The notes: generated from the sequence alone by a model not told the origin. Shown: positions 48,416 to 61,419, counted from the first letter of the stretch. The stretch is 64,000 nt of DNA from Octopus vulgaris (GCA_951406725.2 OX597818.1:85188001-85252000), one strand, 5' to 3'. A program made the numbers and translations.

Positions 48416-48945
48416 TAGTAGGTTAATGTACATGCAATATTTCAGTTAGTAGTCAATAGCTAAAGATTATTTGTATGGCCTTTGTCTATGCTTAGAAGGA
48501 AGACTTTGATACTGAAGCTAAAAGAAAATAGTTGCTCAGGATTGAACATATTTTAGCATATTTATTCATAATAAACATAGTGCATTCCAAATGGTTTTTA
48601 TTCCAACAAATTGCTACCTATTGTACTATAGGAACAGGCTATTATCACTACCACTCAGACAATACAGTTTGAAGTCTACATCGGTTCTCCCATTTAATAC
48701 AACCTACTTATATCATTTCACTAGCTGTTTTTTCCTGTTTGAACAGAAACAATGTGTGGGCCATGTGGGCAGTCATACATACCCCAGGAAAGAGGGTTTT
48801 CTGCCCCCCAGGTGCCCCATTACTTATGTGAAAAATTTTAAGAGTCTAAAACCATCTCTGGAACATAAATAATGCATGTTCCCAGTTTGGAGAAAACAAG
48901 TTGCAAACTTCAGTTGTTCTGCAGGTTTATGCACACCCTCCCCCT

Positions 48946-48987
<42 letters not shown>

Positions 48988-49432
48988 TAGATAGATAGAC
49001 TGATAAGGCCAGACTAATGAATTGTGAGTGTTTATATGTTTTTCCATGTATTTATTTGTGTGTATGATGGAAGTTTTTCCTTTTTTGTTTCTAAGAGAAA
49101 AGACATGTTTCAGCATTTATTCTTTTTTCTTGCCTTGTCTTTTCATTTGGTTCAAATATGTTGAATGCTCGCCCTCTCATACAATAACAAACAAAATTAA
49201 CTAATTCTATTAATATATTTAATGTTATTTTAAAAGTTCTCCAAACCATTATATGTGTGCTATGATATATATATTTATATCTATATAATCATCATCATTC
49301 AGCATGAACAACAGACGTTAAATGATAATGATGATGATGATGATATACATATATCATGGCACAATTGCGTTCTTTTTAATTATATTTCAAGTATATTTAT
49401 ATCTCTGACTCATCATTTTTGAATACATCTAT

Positions 49433-49466
<34 letters not shown>

Positions 49467-49469
49467 TTA

Positions 49470-49826
49470 TCATTGTCACCATTTTAATGTCCAATTTTCC
49501 ATGCTTGCATAAGTTGGACTGAATATATGGCAGCAGATTTTTCTTCAGCTGGGATGCCCTTTTTGTTGGCATCCCTCACCTGGAAATGAAGGACACTGCT
49601 TGTATGACAGTGACACTCATTTACAAGTATCATACGATGTCAAGACAAGGAGATTCACATACACACTCACATAATCACATGTGTGTGCACACACATTTAT
49701 ACAATAAGCTTATTTCAGTTTCCATCTACCAAATCCACTCACAAGATACTTGCCCATAGTACCACACAGTGGGACTGAACCCAAAACCATGTGGCTGGGA
49801 AACAAACCTCTTACCACACAACCATG
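49470..49826 (-). mobile_element. SINE family G
   Basis: G module, then cagtttccatctaccaaatccactcacaag..gtgggactgaacccaaaaccatgtgg. Confidence 0.8.
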
Positions 49827-49859
<33 letters not shown>

Positions 49860-50022
49860 GTTTGTGTATACCCTTGTGTTCACATCTGGTGATGACTGAA
49901 AACAAACAGGCTGTTCATTTCCAGTCTTCCATGGAAATATGTCTGGTCATGCTGTACAAAATCTGTCTCGACAAATTCCATCTGACCCATGCAAAATGAA
50001 CATTAAATGATGATGATAACGA
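49860..50022 (+). mobile_element. SINE family G, 3' module
   Basis: aaaatctgtctcgacaaattccatctgacccatgcaa..cattaaatgatgatga. Confidence 0.7.
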
Positions 50023-50709
50023 TGTGAATGATTAGCACAGAAATATTTAATAGAAACTATGGCATCAAAACATTACCTTACTTGAATTTCTTTTGGCAAA
50101 TTCACTCTCATGTCCTCATATATCTTTTGCAAGGAGATGACTGATTGACTATTATTTGCTCCTTGCTCAAACAGGCACAAATCTCATCATTGACCTTCAC
50201 ATTACATTAGTTGCTTTTAGGTAATGCTTCTCATTTCTTTTCCTATTTTGATATAGTCTGTCTGCCTCTCTCTCTTTCATTGGCAGTTAGCATTTATTAG
50301 GACTTGTTCTAGATATACTTTATGAAACTGTACATACACACACACACATACACACACACAGTCTCTCTCTCTCTTTCTCTCTCTCTCTCCCCTATCTACC
50401 ATCTTTACTGAAAATGGTTAATGCCAAGTGAGAGTCAGTGAAATGCACAGACTTTTGATCCAATTTCTGCATGCTCTGATACACAAGACATTAGCAGTGA
50501 CCTCTTCTCTTTGTTATGGTTCTGTGCACATTTGGAAGTCTGCCACGTTTTGGCTAGGCACCTTTACATGGCCACTGCCAACATGGTTAAAATGGAGGGT
50601 GGTGATGGTGTGTGTGTGTGTTACTGCATGAAAATGCAGTAACACACACATGCACACACACATGCATCCTCATGAAAATGATCATGAGGATGACGATAAT
50701 CTGTTTTAT

Positions 50710-51065
50710 CATCATCTTTGATTTGATAGCAATTTTTCCATGCTTGCATTGCTATATAGGTCAGACAGAATTTATTGTGGCAGATTTGCTATGGCTGGAT
50801 GCGCTCCCTGTTGCCAACCTTTACCTGTTTCCAAACATATATATATCATCATCATCATCATCATAGCATTGGGTCAGACAGAATTAGTTGATGCAGATCT
50901 CCTGGCTGGATACATATATATAATTTCTTTCTACCAAATCTGCTCATGAGGCTTTGGTTAGTCAGGGGCTATAGTAGAAGACACTTGTCCAAGGTGCAGT
51001 GCAGTGGGACTGAACCCAAGACCACATAGTTGAAAAGCAAATTTCTTAACCACACAGCCATGCCT
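50710..51065 (-). mobile_element. SINE family G fragments plus B-type head
   Basis: ggtcagacagaatt occurs twice, then ggctatagtagaagacacttgtccaaggtg..cacacagccatgcc. Confidence 0.75.
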
Positions 51066-51151
51066 ATCTGTAGGTATAGGCATCATTATATATATAAGTG
51101 TATAGATGTGTATGTATATATTTGTTTACTGGTTTTAGTCACTGGACAACA

Positions 51152-51485
51152 CAGGAGTTCTCAACCATTTTTTATCTATGGACTACCTTTGATTACTATT
51201 TTGCTCTGGTGAACCCCATAATCATTCGATGTTTTTTAAAAACCAGTATTATAGAAACTTCTTTCAAAATGCCTATTTTGTTTTTCATACATTAACTCGT
51301 GTAGGTCATAAAATATAAAATGTCAGAGAAAGAAATCCTGCTGTTTCTTGCAATACATGCCAATACAAACATCTAAAGCAAAACTTATTTAGGGAGTCAT
51401 AAAATACTATTGTGGATCCCTAATTTACTATTTCGTTGCATGGATCCCACAAAAATCTTATCTGGACTCCGGTTGAGAACCACTG
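51152..51485. mobile_element. hAT-like MITE
   Basis: TIR caggagttctcaacc / ggttgagaaccactg; TSD not clean. Confidence 0.75.
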
Positions 51486-53120
51486 GACTACTTCCTGCTT
51501 GAAACAACCTTCAAGTGATCATCAGTTCCATTATATATATATATACTTCTTTTAACAACTGTTTTCTTGGACAACAAATTTATGAGACAAAAAATGATAC
51601 AAAATAAACTGCAACAGTTTTTAGTCTTTTCAATATACAGTACAGGCATACACCAAAATGCACACACATTATATGACAGGCTCCTACATAGTTTTCTTCT
51701 TCTAAATTCCATTCACTAAGTATTGGTCAACCCAAGGCTACACTAGGATTGAATCTAGATCTTAAAATCTATATCTGTCTGTCAATATCATTTAGCGCCT
51801 ATTTTCCAGGTTTTTTTTTTTCTTTTTGTGTGTGTTTATGTGAAGTAGCATGAGCTAAAGAGAAAGTCAGTGGAAGAAGTGGTGGCAAAGAGAGAGAGAG
51901 AGAAAGAGTGACAAAGAAGTGACATCACTCCATGCATGTGCTCACTCTCTTCCTCATGCACGAAGTATCATGAAATAGACTGAGATTAACAAGGAAGATG
52001 AGAAAGAGAGCAAGAAGAATATTGTGTTGCATGCACACGCTGATTTCATTCACTCTTGTACACCACACCTCACACACACACTGATGTTCAAGTACCTATC
52101 ATTGGTTTTTCAGAACCCATGTCAATTGAAACAAATTGATTATTATTTGGTTGTATTGATTGGTGCTCTGTTCTTTTGTGTTTGTGTGCAAGTCAACACA
52201 CAGGATTCTTATGTTTTGCTTTTGTTTTTTGCTTAATTTTTTGTACTTTTTGTTCTACGCACTTATATGCGCTTTCATGCAAATAGGAAATTATATACCA
52301 ACCATCCTTCTCTCTCTACACGGAAATACATATGCACATGTATGTATGTGTATGTGTACATTATGTATACCTGCATGTGTATGGAAGTTTGTGTTGTACG
52401 TGTGTGTATGTGTGTGTGCGTGTATATATTATATATATATATATATTGTATGTATATGTTTGTGCTTTTATATGTGTGCGTGAATGTATGTGTATGTAAC
52501 ATATATATATATTACATACATACATACATACACACACATATTTATATATATAGTGTGTGTGTGTATGTATGTGTTCGCACATACATACACAGAATATGCT
52601 TCAATCCATATGCATACTCCCATATCTACATGCATGCAATCTTTTCTTACTGCATGTATATATTTATATATACGCATACACACATACATATTAGTCTATT
52701 GTTATACATACATGCATTCGCAATCATTGATCTATTCTGCCAATGTTAGAAATATTGAAAAATATATCGCCTGCTTCTTAGATTCATAGAACTTTGCCTT
52801 TACAAAATTGTGAACATTAAGCATTAAACTATTATTGAAAGGAAAAATTAAATATATAACGAATAAACAAATTTGAAAAGAAAAAGAACCTTTCAGAATG
52901 TTATCTAGCTCTTGTGCAATGCAGAAGATTGCAAACTAATGAATGAAGGCTTTTTTCACATTATTCTTGTTGGTGGTGGTGGTGTAGTTTTGAAGAATCG
53001 GTTAAGATCTCCAGAAGAATTAGCCAGATAGTATTTAGCCATGTTTGTTTTTATATTCATCCTCATTATCTTCATGTTAATGCCCACTCCTCCATGCTTA
53101 CATGGGTTGAAAGGGATTTA

Positions 53121-53354
53121 TTAACCCTTTTTCTTTAGCATTTAAACCAGCTGCATCAGGCCCAAATATTTTACCTGTTTTATGTCCTAATTGGATAGAT
53201 TCAGCTTCTCACACTTACCCTACAATGTCATTCTCAAAATGAATGATCACACCATCGAAATTTTAAAGCTATAAGGTAAGGCATGATGTTTTTCTAAACA
53301 GTGTGAATCAATAGCCTTACACTTGACAGAGAAATCTGAATATTAAAGGGTTAA
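53121..53354 (-). mobile_element. piggyBac-like MITE D inserted at TTAA inside a SINE G tail
   Basis: TTAAcccttt ... aaagggTTAA; removing it restores gggattta-ttaa-ggcagat of family G. Confidence 0.85.
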
Positions 53355-53919
53355 GGCAGATGCTCTTCCTATCACCAAACCTCACTTGTTTCCAAGCAAG
53401 GTAATATTTCTCCATGACTGGACATGTTTTCACAGAGGACATACACACATTGTCAATGTCATTTAATGTCCACTTTCCTTTACTTGTATAGGCCACACAA
53501 AATTTGTTGTGGCATATTCTCTACAACTAAATGCTCTTCCTGTCACTCACCTTCACCTATTTTCCAGCAAGGTTATATTTGCCCATGTCCAGACAAAGAA
53601 AACTGAGAATGTACAACATCAATTGTTTAGGAGACTCATTAGCATATTGGGCAAAAAGTTTAGCAGCATTTCTTCTAGCCCTTCATGTTTAAGCTCAAAA
53701 ATCCTACAGAGATCAGCTTTGATGTTCATCCTTACTGGGTTAATAAAATAGAGTACTAACCAGGTACTGGAGTTGATATAATCAACTTTTTCCTTCAACT
53801 CTGGCAATGGAGGAGTGTTTTGCACAGAGGGAATGTTGTGATTTTGGTCACTTATATGCCATGGATACAAGATAACCAGCCTTATGAGTACCAGGGCTCA
53901 AGAAAAATATTGAAAATGT

Positions 53920-54175
53920 GTATGCATGTATGTGTCCTCGTCTTGACATTGCCTAATAGTTGTAAATGAGTGTCACCATTATACAAGTGACTTTGTTACT
54001 TTCCAATCTATGAAAAATAAAAAAAATAATGTCTGGCTGTAGAGAAATATCACCCTACTTGGAAACAGGTAAGGGTTAGCAACAGAAAGGGCATCAAGCC
54101 ATAGGAAATCTGCTTCAACGAATTTCATCTGATCCATGCAAATAGGGGAAGGTAGACATTAAAATGACGATGGTG
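53920..54175 (+). mobile_element. SINE family G, 3' module
   Basis: gtcttgacatt..ttgtaaatgagtgtcacc..ggaaacaggtaagggttagcaacagaaagggcatc..gacattaaaatgac. Confidence 0.8.
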
Positions 54176-54359
54176 ATTATTTGACTGGTTATTCATTCTG
54201 GAAGGATGGAAAACTGTTAGCCCTTGGCAGTATTTGAACACACAACATAAAATAAGTGACCTAGATAGTACCACAACTTTGGTTTGATACTTTGCTGATT
54301 CTATCACCCTTATAATTTGGCAGGGGTTAACGTCAGAAATAGTGGAAGGTATACAAAAG

Positions 54360-55198
54360 GGTTAGAGTTGTCTAAATCTTCTGTGAAATTTTCATGTTTG
54401 GGTAAGGTGCAAGACACCAGCTTAATTATAATAGTAATTTTACTAGACTTGTTATTATTTTCAAAATTAGCTGAAACAGAGGCAGCGTATTTTAATATAA
54501 TTATAGTAACATGAGAGTTAAAGCAACTTAAAAGCTTCCATCAAAATTTTATGGTAATTCATGTTTCAGACACCAGCTTAATAAATGAGAACAATAATAT
54601 TTTACTAAATTCTTCTTTATTTTCCAAACTAATTGAAACAGGGACGGTATATTTCAAATATGGTAACAAAAGTGATCTAAATTAAAACCCTCCTTCAAAA
54701 TTTCATGTTAAATTATGTTCCAGACACCAGTTAAATATTAATTTCAAATTTTGGCACAAGGCCATTAAATTCAGGGGAGTAGATAAGCCAATTACATCAA
54801 TCCTGGTGCTAAACTGGTATTTATTTTATTGACCCCGAAAAGGATGAAAGGTAAAGTCAACCTCAGCAAAATTTGAACTCAGAATGTGAAGATGGATGAA
54901 ATACTGCTAAGCCTGATTTGCTTACGATTTTGCCAACTCACTGCCCACTCACTAGTTAGATATTAACAAAGTAAATTTACTAATTTCTTCATTATTCTCG
55001 AAATAAATTTAAACAAAAGCAGTGCATTGTAACAGAAATATAGTAGTAAAAAGGTTTAAGAGATCAGAATCAAAACCTTCTTTCTAAATTTCATGTTAAA
55101 TTATGTTCCAAAGTCAATTTACTAACTTGATTATATTCAGAATTAATTGAAACAATGTCAGCATATTTCTACTGAGATATAGTAAGAAATGGGCTAAC
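54360..55198 (-). repeat. Tandem array of four MITE E left-hand segments
   Basis: aaattt(t/c)atg..tttacta..aaaca..gtaa unit repeated from about 54360, 54520, 54675 and 55065. Confidence 0.75.
54742..54949 (-). mobile_element. SINE family A nested in the E array, with 17-bp TSD
   Basis: Flanks caccagttaaatattaa (54725-54741) and cactagttagatattaa (54950-54966). Confidence 0.85.
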
Positions 55199-55204
55199 AT
55201 AGAG

Positions 55205-55445
55205 AATTGCTGTTGCTTAGCCCTGGGGCAACAATAATGCAGTATCTCTATGATCTAAGACATTTAACATACCTCAATCACTTACTTTCTTCAATCATAT
55301 AAAGAACTACATTATCCAGTGTGTCCCTCTGTGTTTTTATTTTTTTATATTTGCTTTTATAAGATGGTTGTGTGATTTAAGGTGAGATCTGGCTGTTCTT
55401 TCTGGTAGATTGAGTGACAAAGTAGAGGCTGCTGTATTGACTGGA
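55205..55445 (+). mobile_element. Repeat family I
   Basis: gttgcttagccctggg..ctatgatctaagac..tacattatccagtgtg..gagatctggctgttctttctgg..gtagaggct. Confidence 0.65.
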
Positions 55446-56084
55446 TATATACATAAAAAAAGTGAAAACTTATATTGCTAAGCTGTCAGATTTGACAAGT
55501 CTGTATAAGTTGTATTCGCAAATTTATGAATATCCTGTTAGGAGAGAGCATAACATAAAAAAATAAAACGAAAGAAGTCATTTCTTTCCTTGCTTTCTTC
55601 TAAAGAAACTGTGTTCCTGTTTAGCTTTAAAAAACTATTACAACCTTGTTTAGTGAACCAATGATGTATTGAGAATTTTTAGCCACATTTAGACCTTCTT
55701 CCCCCTGTACATGCACAAGCCACATGTGTACACTTCAGTTCTTCAAATCTGTCTATTTGCCTCTTATTTCGAGAAGCACATTGCTTTATGAAATTTCTTT
55801 CCACATTTTGGATTTAACAAATTACAGTAGCTTACGATGATTGGCTGGTCTGTCAGTTCTATGATTCCCAAGTGGCTATTAGAAAGGCATGATTCCTGGC
55901 CATTAAGTATCAAACTGCTGTATGTGTGTATAAATATAAATACACACTCACACACATACATGTATGTATGTCTGTGTGTCCTTGGTGTGCTAGTTTTTCT
56001 AGATTGCCATTGCCTCTTTGGATTACTTTAATGAACTTGTTTTTTCGACTGATAAATGTTTCTATTTTTATCAACTGTATAGCT

Positions 56085-56380
56085 GTCACTTGATTAACTA
56101 TTTCAGTTCTGATTGGTCATTTGTCTCTGTGATTAGTTTACTGTTCCGCCATCCTTTCCTTTTACCTTTGATTGGTCACCCATGTCATCTGATTACTTCT
56201 TTTGATTTTGATTGGTCTCTCTTGTCTTTAATTGTATCCTAGTTTTTTTTTTTGCTCTTTTTCCTTGATTTTGATTGGTCTAGTCCTGTCATTTGATTAG
56301 TTCTTTTGATTTTGATTGGCCACTTGTGTCTGCTCAACTTGTTGACTTGTTTTAAGGTTTGGTTATTTGATTGGCTAAGT
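56085..56380. repeat. Degenerate ~40-bp minisatellite with TGATTGG core
   Basis: tt(t/c)tgattgg(t/c) at 56109, 56168, 56208, 56271, 56312 and 56367. Confidence 0.7.
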
Positions 56381-56520
56381 TGTGGACAGTGAATTCTGAC
56401 CATTTAAGCCTGGATAGTTACTATAGTTACCAAGGGATCTGTTATGGCCAATACTTCAGATGTTTTGCACTCACAAGAAAACTACTATTATATTTAATTT
56501 TTATCATTATCATTATTATT

Positions 56521-56971
56521 ATTGAGCTTGCAGAATCATTAGCATATTTCACAAAGTGCATAGTAACACTTCTTCTGACTCTCCACATTCTGAGTTCAAA
56601 TTCTGCAGAGGTCGATTTTGCTTTACATCCTTTTGGAATTGATAAAATATCAGTCAAACACTGGGTTTGATGTTATTGACAAACCCACTTCCCTAAAATT
56701 AGAAGCATTTATTATTATTAGTATTATTATTATTAAAACAGTGGTGGAAGTGGCAAGCTTAGCAGAGTTGTTAGCACACTGGGTAAAATGCTTGGTGGCA
56801 GTTCATCCATCTTCAGGTTCTGAGTTCAAATTCCACCAAGGTTGACTTTTCCTTTCATCCTTTCATGGGGTTGGTAAAGTAAGTACTACATGAGCACTGG
56901 AGCCGATATGATTGGCTTATACCCCCCCCCTGAATTTTCTGGCCTTTGCCAAAATTTTAAGCCATTATTAT
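56521..56971 (+). mobile_element. Two head-to-tail SINE A copies in (ATT)n
   Basis: ttctgagttcaaatt at 56588 and 56818; (att)n before, between and after. Confidence 0.85.
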
Positions 56972-56977
56972 AGTGGT

Positions 56978-57140
56978 GGTGGCTGTGTGGTAAGAAGCTT
57001 GCTTCACAACCACATGGTTTTGGGTTCAGTCCCATTGCGTGACGCCTTAGGCAAGTGTCTTCTACTATAGCCACTGGTTGACCAAAGCCTTGTGAGTGAA
57101 TTTGGTAGATGGAAACTGAAAGAAGCCCATTGTATATATG

Positions 57141-57173
<33 letters not shown>

Positions 57174-57365
57174 GTGTATATATATATATATAGATTATAT
57201 ATATATATATATATATATATTGTGTATTGCTTGACAACCGATGTTGTGATTATGTCCCCGTAACTTAGCAGTTCAGCAAAAGAAACTGATAAGCCCTGGG
57301 GTCAATTTCAACTAAAAGCAGTGTTCCGGCATGGCTACAGTCTAATGACTGAAGCAAAATAGTAA
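56978..57365 (+). mobile_element. SINE family B, full length
   Basis: gtggctgtgtggtaagaagcttgc..gggttcagtcccattgcgtg..ggcaagtgtcttctactatagcc..tctaatgactgaagc. Confidence 0.9.
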
Positions 57366-57639
57366 AGGAGTTCGTAGAATCATCAGTGTGTCTGACAAAA
57401 TGCTTATTGACATCTCTTCTGGCGCTTTACATTCTGAGTTTTCATTTCTGAAGGTCACAGTACCAAGTGCTCTGACAACAGTTGAGACCAATCATCATCC
57501 TGATTATCATTATTATTATTATTCTAGTAGTAGTAGTAGTATTTGTTTTTGTTGTTGCTTTGTTCCAAGCCTCTCCCAGAGATCTCAAGAAACAGCAAGC
57601 TAGACATTTTACTGTGGGTGTTATGAGTTGAACTTATAT

Positions 57640-58466
57640 GGGATCTATTTGGTTTGGTAGGCAGCATTCAAAGAATTAATGTTTGTCAAAAGTTTTTGAA
57701 TTTGGCACATTAATATACTTTTCCAAGCTGATTTGCAGGAGTTATTTCACTTTTTCCAGAAAAATGTTTTTAAAAATATAGAGAGGTTTAAAGTTTGATC
57801 ATTTTCACCTGATCAGGAAACAGAATTTGGAAGCTGTCATTTTGTGCATGACTACACATCTTGTCAACATCCTGAAAATAGCATGTGTTAAGAAAGAATA
57901 AACAAAGTCTTTAGTTGTTTTAAGTATTGCGATAGCATGAATTTAAAATATTTATCCAAAAACGTTATTTAGCTGTTATTTTTAGCACACCTCACAACCA
58001 CCTCAATGACAAAAAGAAATGAGTAAACAACACATATTTTGGAGTTTTAAGCATTCAATATGCATTTAATGTGAAAACATGAACTTAAAAGATTTATCTA
58101 AAAATAAAATAGCACATTACAAATTAAATAGTTTTAAAAAACAAGCATTTTGTTGACAATTTCATAAATTCTCATGCTCAGTTGTCAACAGATAGATAAA
58201 ACAAGTGGTTTCAATATATTTCTCGCAGACAAAAGAGTTCTCATGTTTTGCTTGTTACTATGGAAATAGGCATGAATGTGTCTGGTTTACGATTGACTAA
58301 AATTACCCCAAATTTTCAAACTTTAATTGCTAATAACTCTTTATTTATTGATTAGTAGTGAAAATGATTTGCACATCATTCATTAGCCTATAGAAGTGTA
58401 TCATTACACTGGATATGAAATCAATTCGAACAGAATTGATGCTGGCAGCCAAACCGAATAGATCCT
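57640..58466. mobile_element. ~830-bp non-autonomous DNA transposon with ~28-bp TIRs
   Basis: ggatctatttggtttggtaggcagcat versus the reverse complement of the right end, ggatctattcggtttggctgccagcat; no ORF inside. Confidence 0.7.
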
Positions 58467-58499
58467 TTATATGTTTCAAGAGAAAGAAATTCAGTATAT

Positions 58500-58722
58500 G
58501 ATGTATGTGTGTGTGTGTGTCCCACCACTTGACTACTGGTGTCTGGTTGTTTACATTCCTGTAACCTAGCAGTTCAGCAAAAGAAGCCGATAGAATAAGT
58601 ACCAGACTTTTTTTAAAAAAAAAGTAAGTACTAATGTTGATTTGTTTGGCTAAACTCTTCAAGGTGGTGCCCCGGATTGGCTGCAGTTGAATGGCTGAAA
58701 CTAGTAAAAGATAACTGATAAA
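58500..58722 (+). mobile_element. SINE family B, 3' half
   Basis: ttcagcaaaagaagccgatagaataagtacc..ttcaaggtggtgcc..tgaaactagtaaaaga. Confidence 0.8.
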
Positions 58723-59234
58723 AGAATTGCTCATAAGCTACCAGAATTTATTTCTGACTTGAAGGTTTCATGGAAGAATAATACATCATATCTGAATACA
58801 ATCTCATTTCCAAACACAATCTTCATGTGAATACCCAACTGTTTGAAATACACATACCTAGTTATATGATTTCACATTAACACTTCATTACCAAAACCAT
58901 TTTGTGCCAAATTAAAAATTTTTGTCTTTCCTTTTACTTGGTCATATATTTTCTACTTCTCTATATAAACTATCACATTGATTTATAGCTTGGCTATCAT
59001 CAGTGACTCCTGTGTTATAGCATGAATGTTATTATATATTCATTCTGGTATCATGGGAGTTATCAGTGTTACTCTTGTTTTTAAGCATTTATTTTTTCTC
59101 TCGATTATATTTTTGATTATATCATATAAGCCTTAGTGGATTTTTTTTTCACAAAAATTATTTTATGAAAGGAGTGCTCCAATGATGGAGATGAGTGACT
59201 TGCATCCTTCTGATATCTCTGTTCTGTACATCTC

Positions 59235-59745
59235 CATCATAAGTTTAACATCCACTTTTTCATGCTTACATAGGTCTGATGATGTTTATTTGAAGCAGAT
59301 TTTGTATGGCTGGATGCCTTTACTGTTGCCAACACTCATTTGTTTCTAAGCAAGTTAACATTACCCCATGGCCAGACATGTTTACTACAGAATATTGGAA
59401 ATGAATGAGACTGCTAGCATGACAGTGATAATCATTTCACAACTATCATGTGATGTCAAAACAAACTTACATAAACATGACAACACTCTCCACCATGCAA
59501 TTCCCCCCACATGCACACCCACACAGGCACTCCCCCACATAACTTTCCCACACACTCTCTCACACACACACTCTCACTCACACACATCATACATATACAA
59601 TGGGCTTCTTTGTGTTTCCATCTACCAAATCCACTCATAAGAATTTGGTCATCCCAGGTCTATTCTAAGGTGTCACACAGTGGAACCGAACTCTAAACCA
59701 TGTTGTTGGGAAGCTAGCTTCCTACCACACAGCCATGTCTTCACC
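59235..59745 (-). mobile_element. SINE family G, full length
   Basis: G module, CA-rich linker, then B-type head ending ccacacagccatg. Confidence 0.85.
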
Positions 59746-60544
59746 TATTACACTTCCTCAAATTCAAGTAATGTGGTTTTAACCATAGTAATGTGATGCT
59801 CCATAAAAAAATAAAAATACCTTTGGGAATCACTGGTAAAACCCATGCATCCTACATGGTATGTTTTTGATATACCATCTAGGAGGCGAAACATGGTGAA
59901 TACCTGATATGTACTTGTATCAGATGTTACACTACTGTTTCACTTTTATTCTATAAAACCTTGACTTGGTAACAAATTATTTGTTCAACTTAGCATTATC
60001 ACTGCTTAATTTTATGAAATGTCTGCATTGTCTGTTTCAACCAGACTGCTATTACTGCTTGCATTCACTCTCGGTTCACTGTCACTTAGCAGTACACCCT
60101 CTGTTTCACTGTCACTTAGAACTTCTTTCGGTTCACTGCCTCTTTAACAACTAGCCATGGCAGACATCATTTTAAACTTTACAGATGACAACCTTCAAAA
60201 ATGTCACTGCCAACAAAGAAATACTGCACACATCAGCTACGGCTGGGACGCTCATTGAAGTATAGACAGCAGTCAGCATTTAACTTACTTCTTATTGGCC
60301 AAGTGACTTTATGCTGTGATTATTATACATTTTATGAATACAGAATCATAAAATTTCCTGCAGATTCTACTTCATTCAACGAAGAAGTTTTCTTTCCTTT
60401 GAAACATAACATAGGACCATTTTCAAAATTTTACATCTCCTTTCTCCTGGAAGCACATTCAGTAGCTGGTAGCCTCACCTTTTACCATGACTAGTATTGT
60501 TATCACATCAAGTTACAACTCGGCATTTTAGTGCCACCTTATTT

Positions 60545-60770
60545 AGCCTTATAACATTGATATTCCTCTGTCAGATGTAATGCTCAGTTATTCACATTGT
60601 TTTAAATTTACCATGCATCATCTCATAGCTCTGAGATTTCTATGAGGTGTTTGTTTATTTTTAGAATGATATTGAAGGGTAAGTGTGAGATGCTGAATCC
60701 AGCCAGTTTGAATATAAAACTGGTTAAATATAAGGGCTGGATATGGTTCAACATATCTATAAAGGGGTAT
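60545..60770 (+). mobile_element. piggyBac-like MITE D, eroded ends
   Basis: gatgtaatgct..tctcatagct..tttttagaatga..gggtaagtgtgaga matches 15136. Confidence 0.65.
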
Positions 60771-61049
60771 CTTTTTACACTTTCTCTTGTTACTCTCTAT
60801 GTACTTGCACACCTATAATATTGCAGTTATCATTTGTTGTGTGGAGGATACATCATCATGTCATAGATTTGCTGCCATCTTCTGTTCAGCAGCATGAAAA
60901 TAAGAATAATTTTTTAACACTCTCATTATATAAATCGGGTATATAGACTCAAAATTTCATTAGCCCTTACTGTGGAAAGTAGTTTTATATACTAACCTAT
61001 CTTTTGCTAAGGAATGTCATGTTTGAAATTATTTTCTGTTGAGTTACCT

Positions 61050-61375
61050 TTTACTAATTTCAGTCATTTATTTTACTAATTTCAATCATTAGACAGCAAC
61101 CAAGATGGGGCACCACCTTGAAGGGTTGTTAATCAAAATCAACCCCAGTACTTATTTCCTTAAGCTTAGTACTTATTCTATCAGTCTCCCTTGCTGAACT
61201 ACTAATTTCTGGTGCACACACCATTAGAACACCAGTCCATATCTTGGTTGCACATTTATAACTGAGTGGACTAGATCAATGTGAAGTGTATTTTGCTAAA
61301 GTTCACAAAGCACCACTAGTCTGGGAATCAAAACTGCAACCTTGCAGTCATGAGTGCACTGAGTCACATACCTTC
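61050..61375 (-). mobile_element. SINE B tail (61050-61205) and SINE C head (61220-61375)
   Basis: caccaccttgaaggg..gtacttattctatcagtctc; ctgagtggactag..gtattttgct..ggaatcaaaac. Confidence 0.7.
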
Positions 61376-61419
61376 GTATGTGTGTATGTATATTTATATA
61401 TATGTGTATATATATATAT

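Noticed and set aside
51860-52260. Possible promoter or first exon (tgacatca, attgg)
   Set aside because: Short motifs only; not supportable without expression data.
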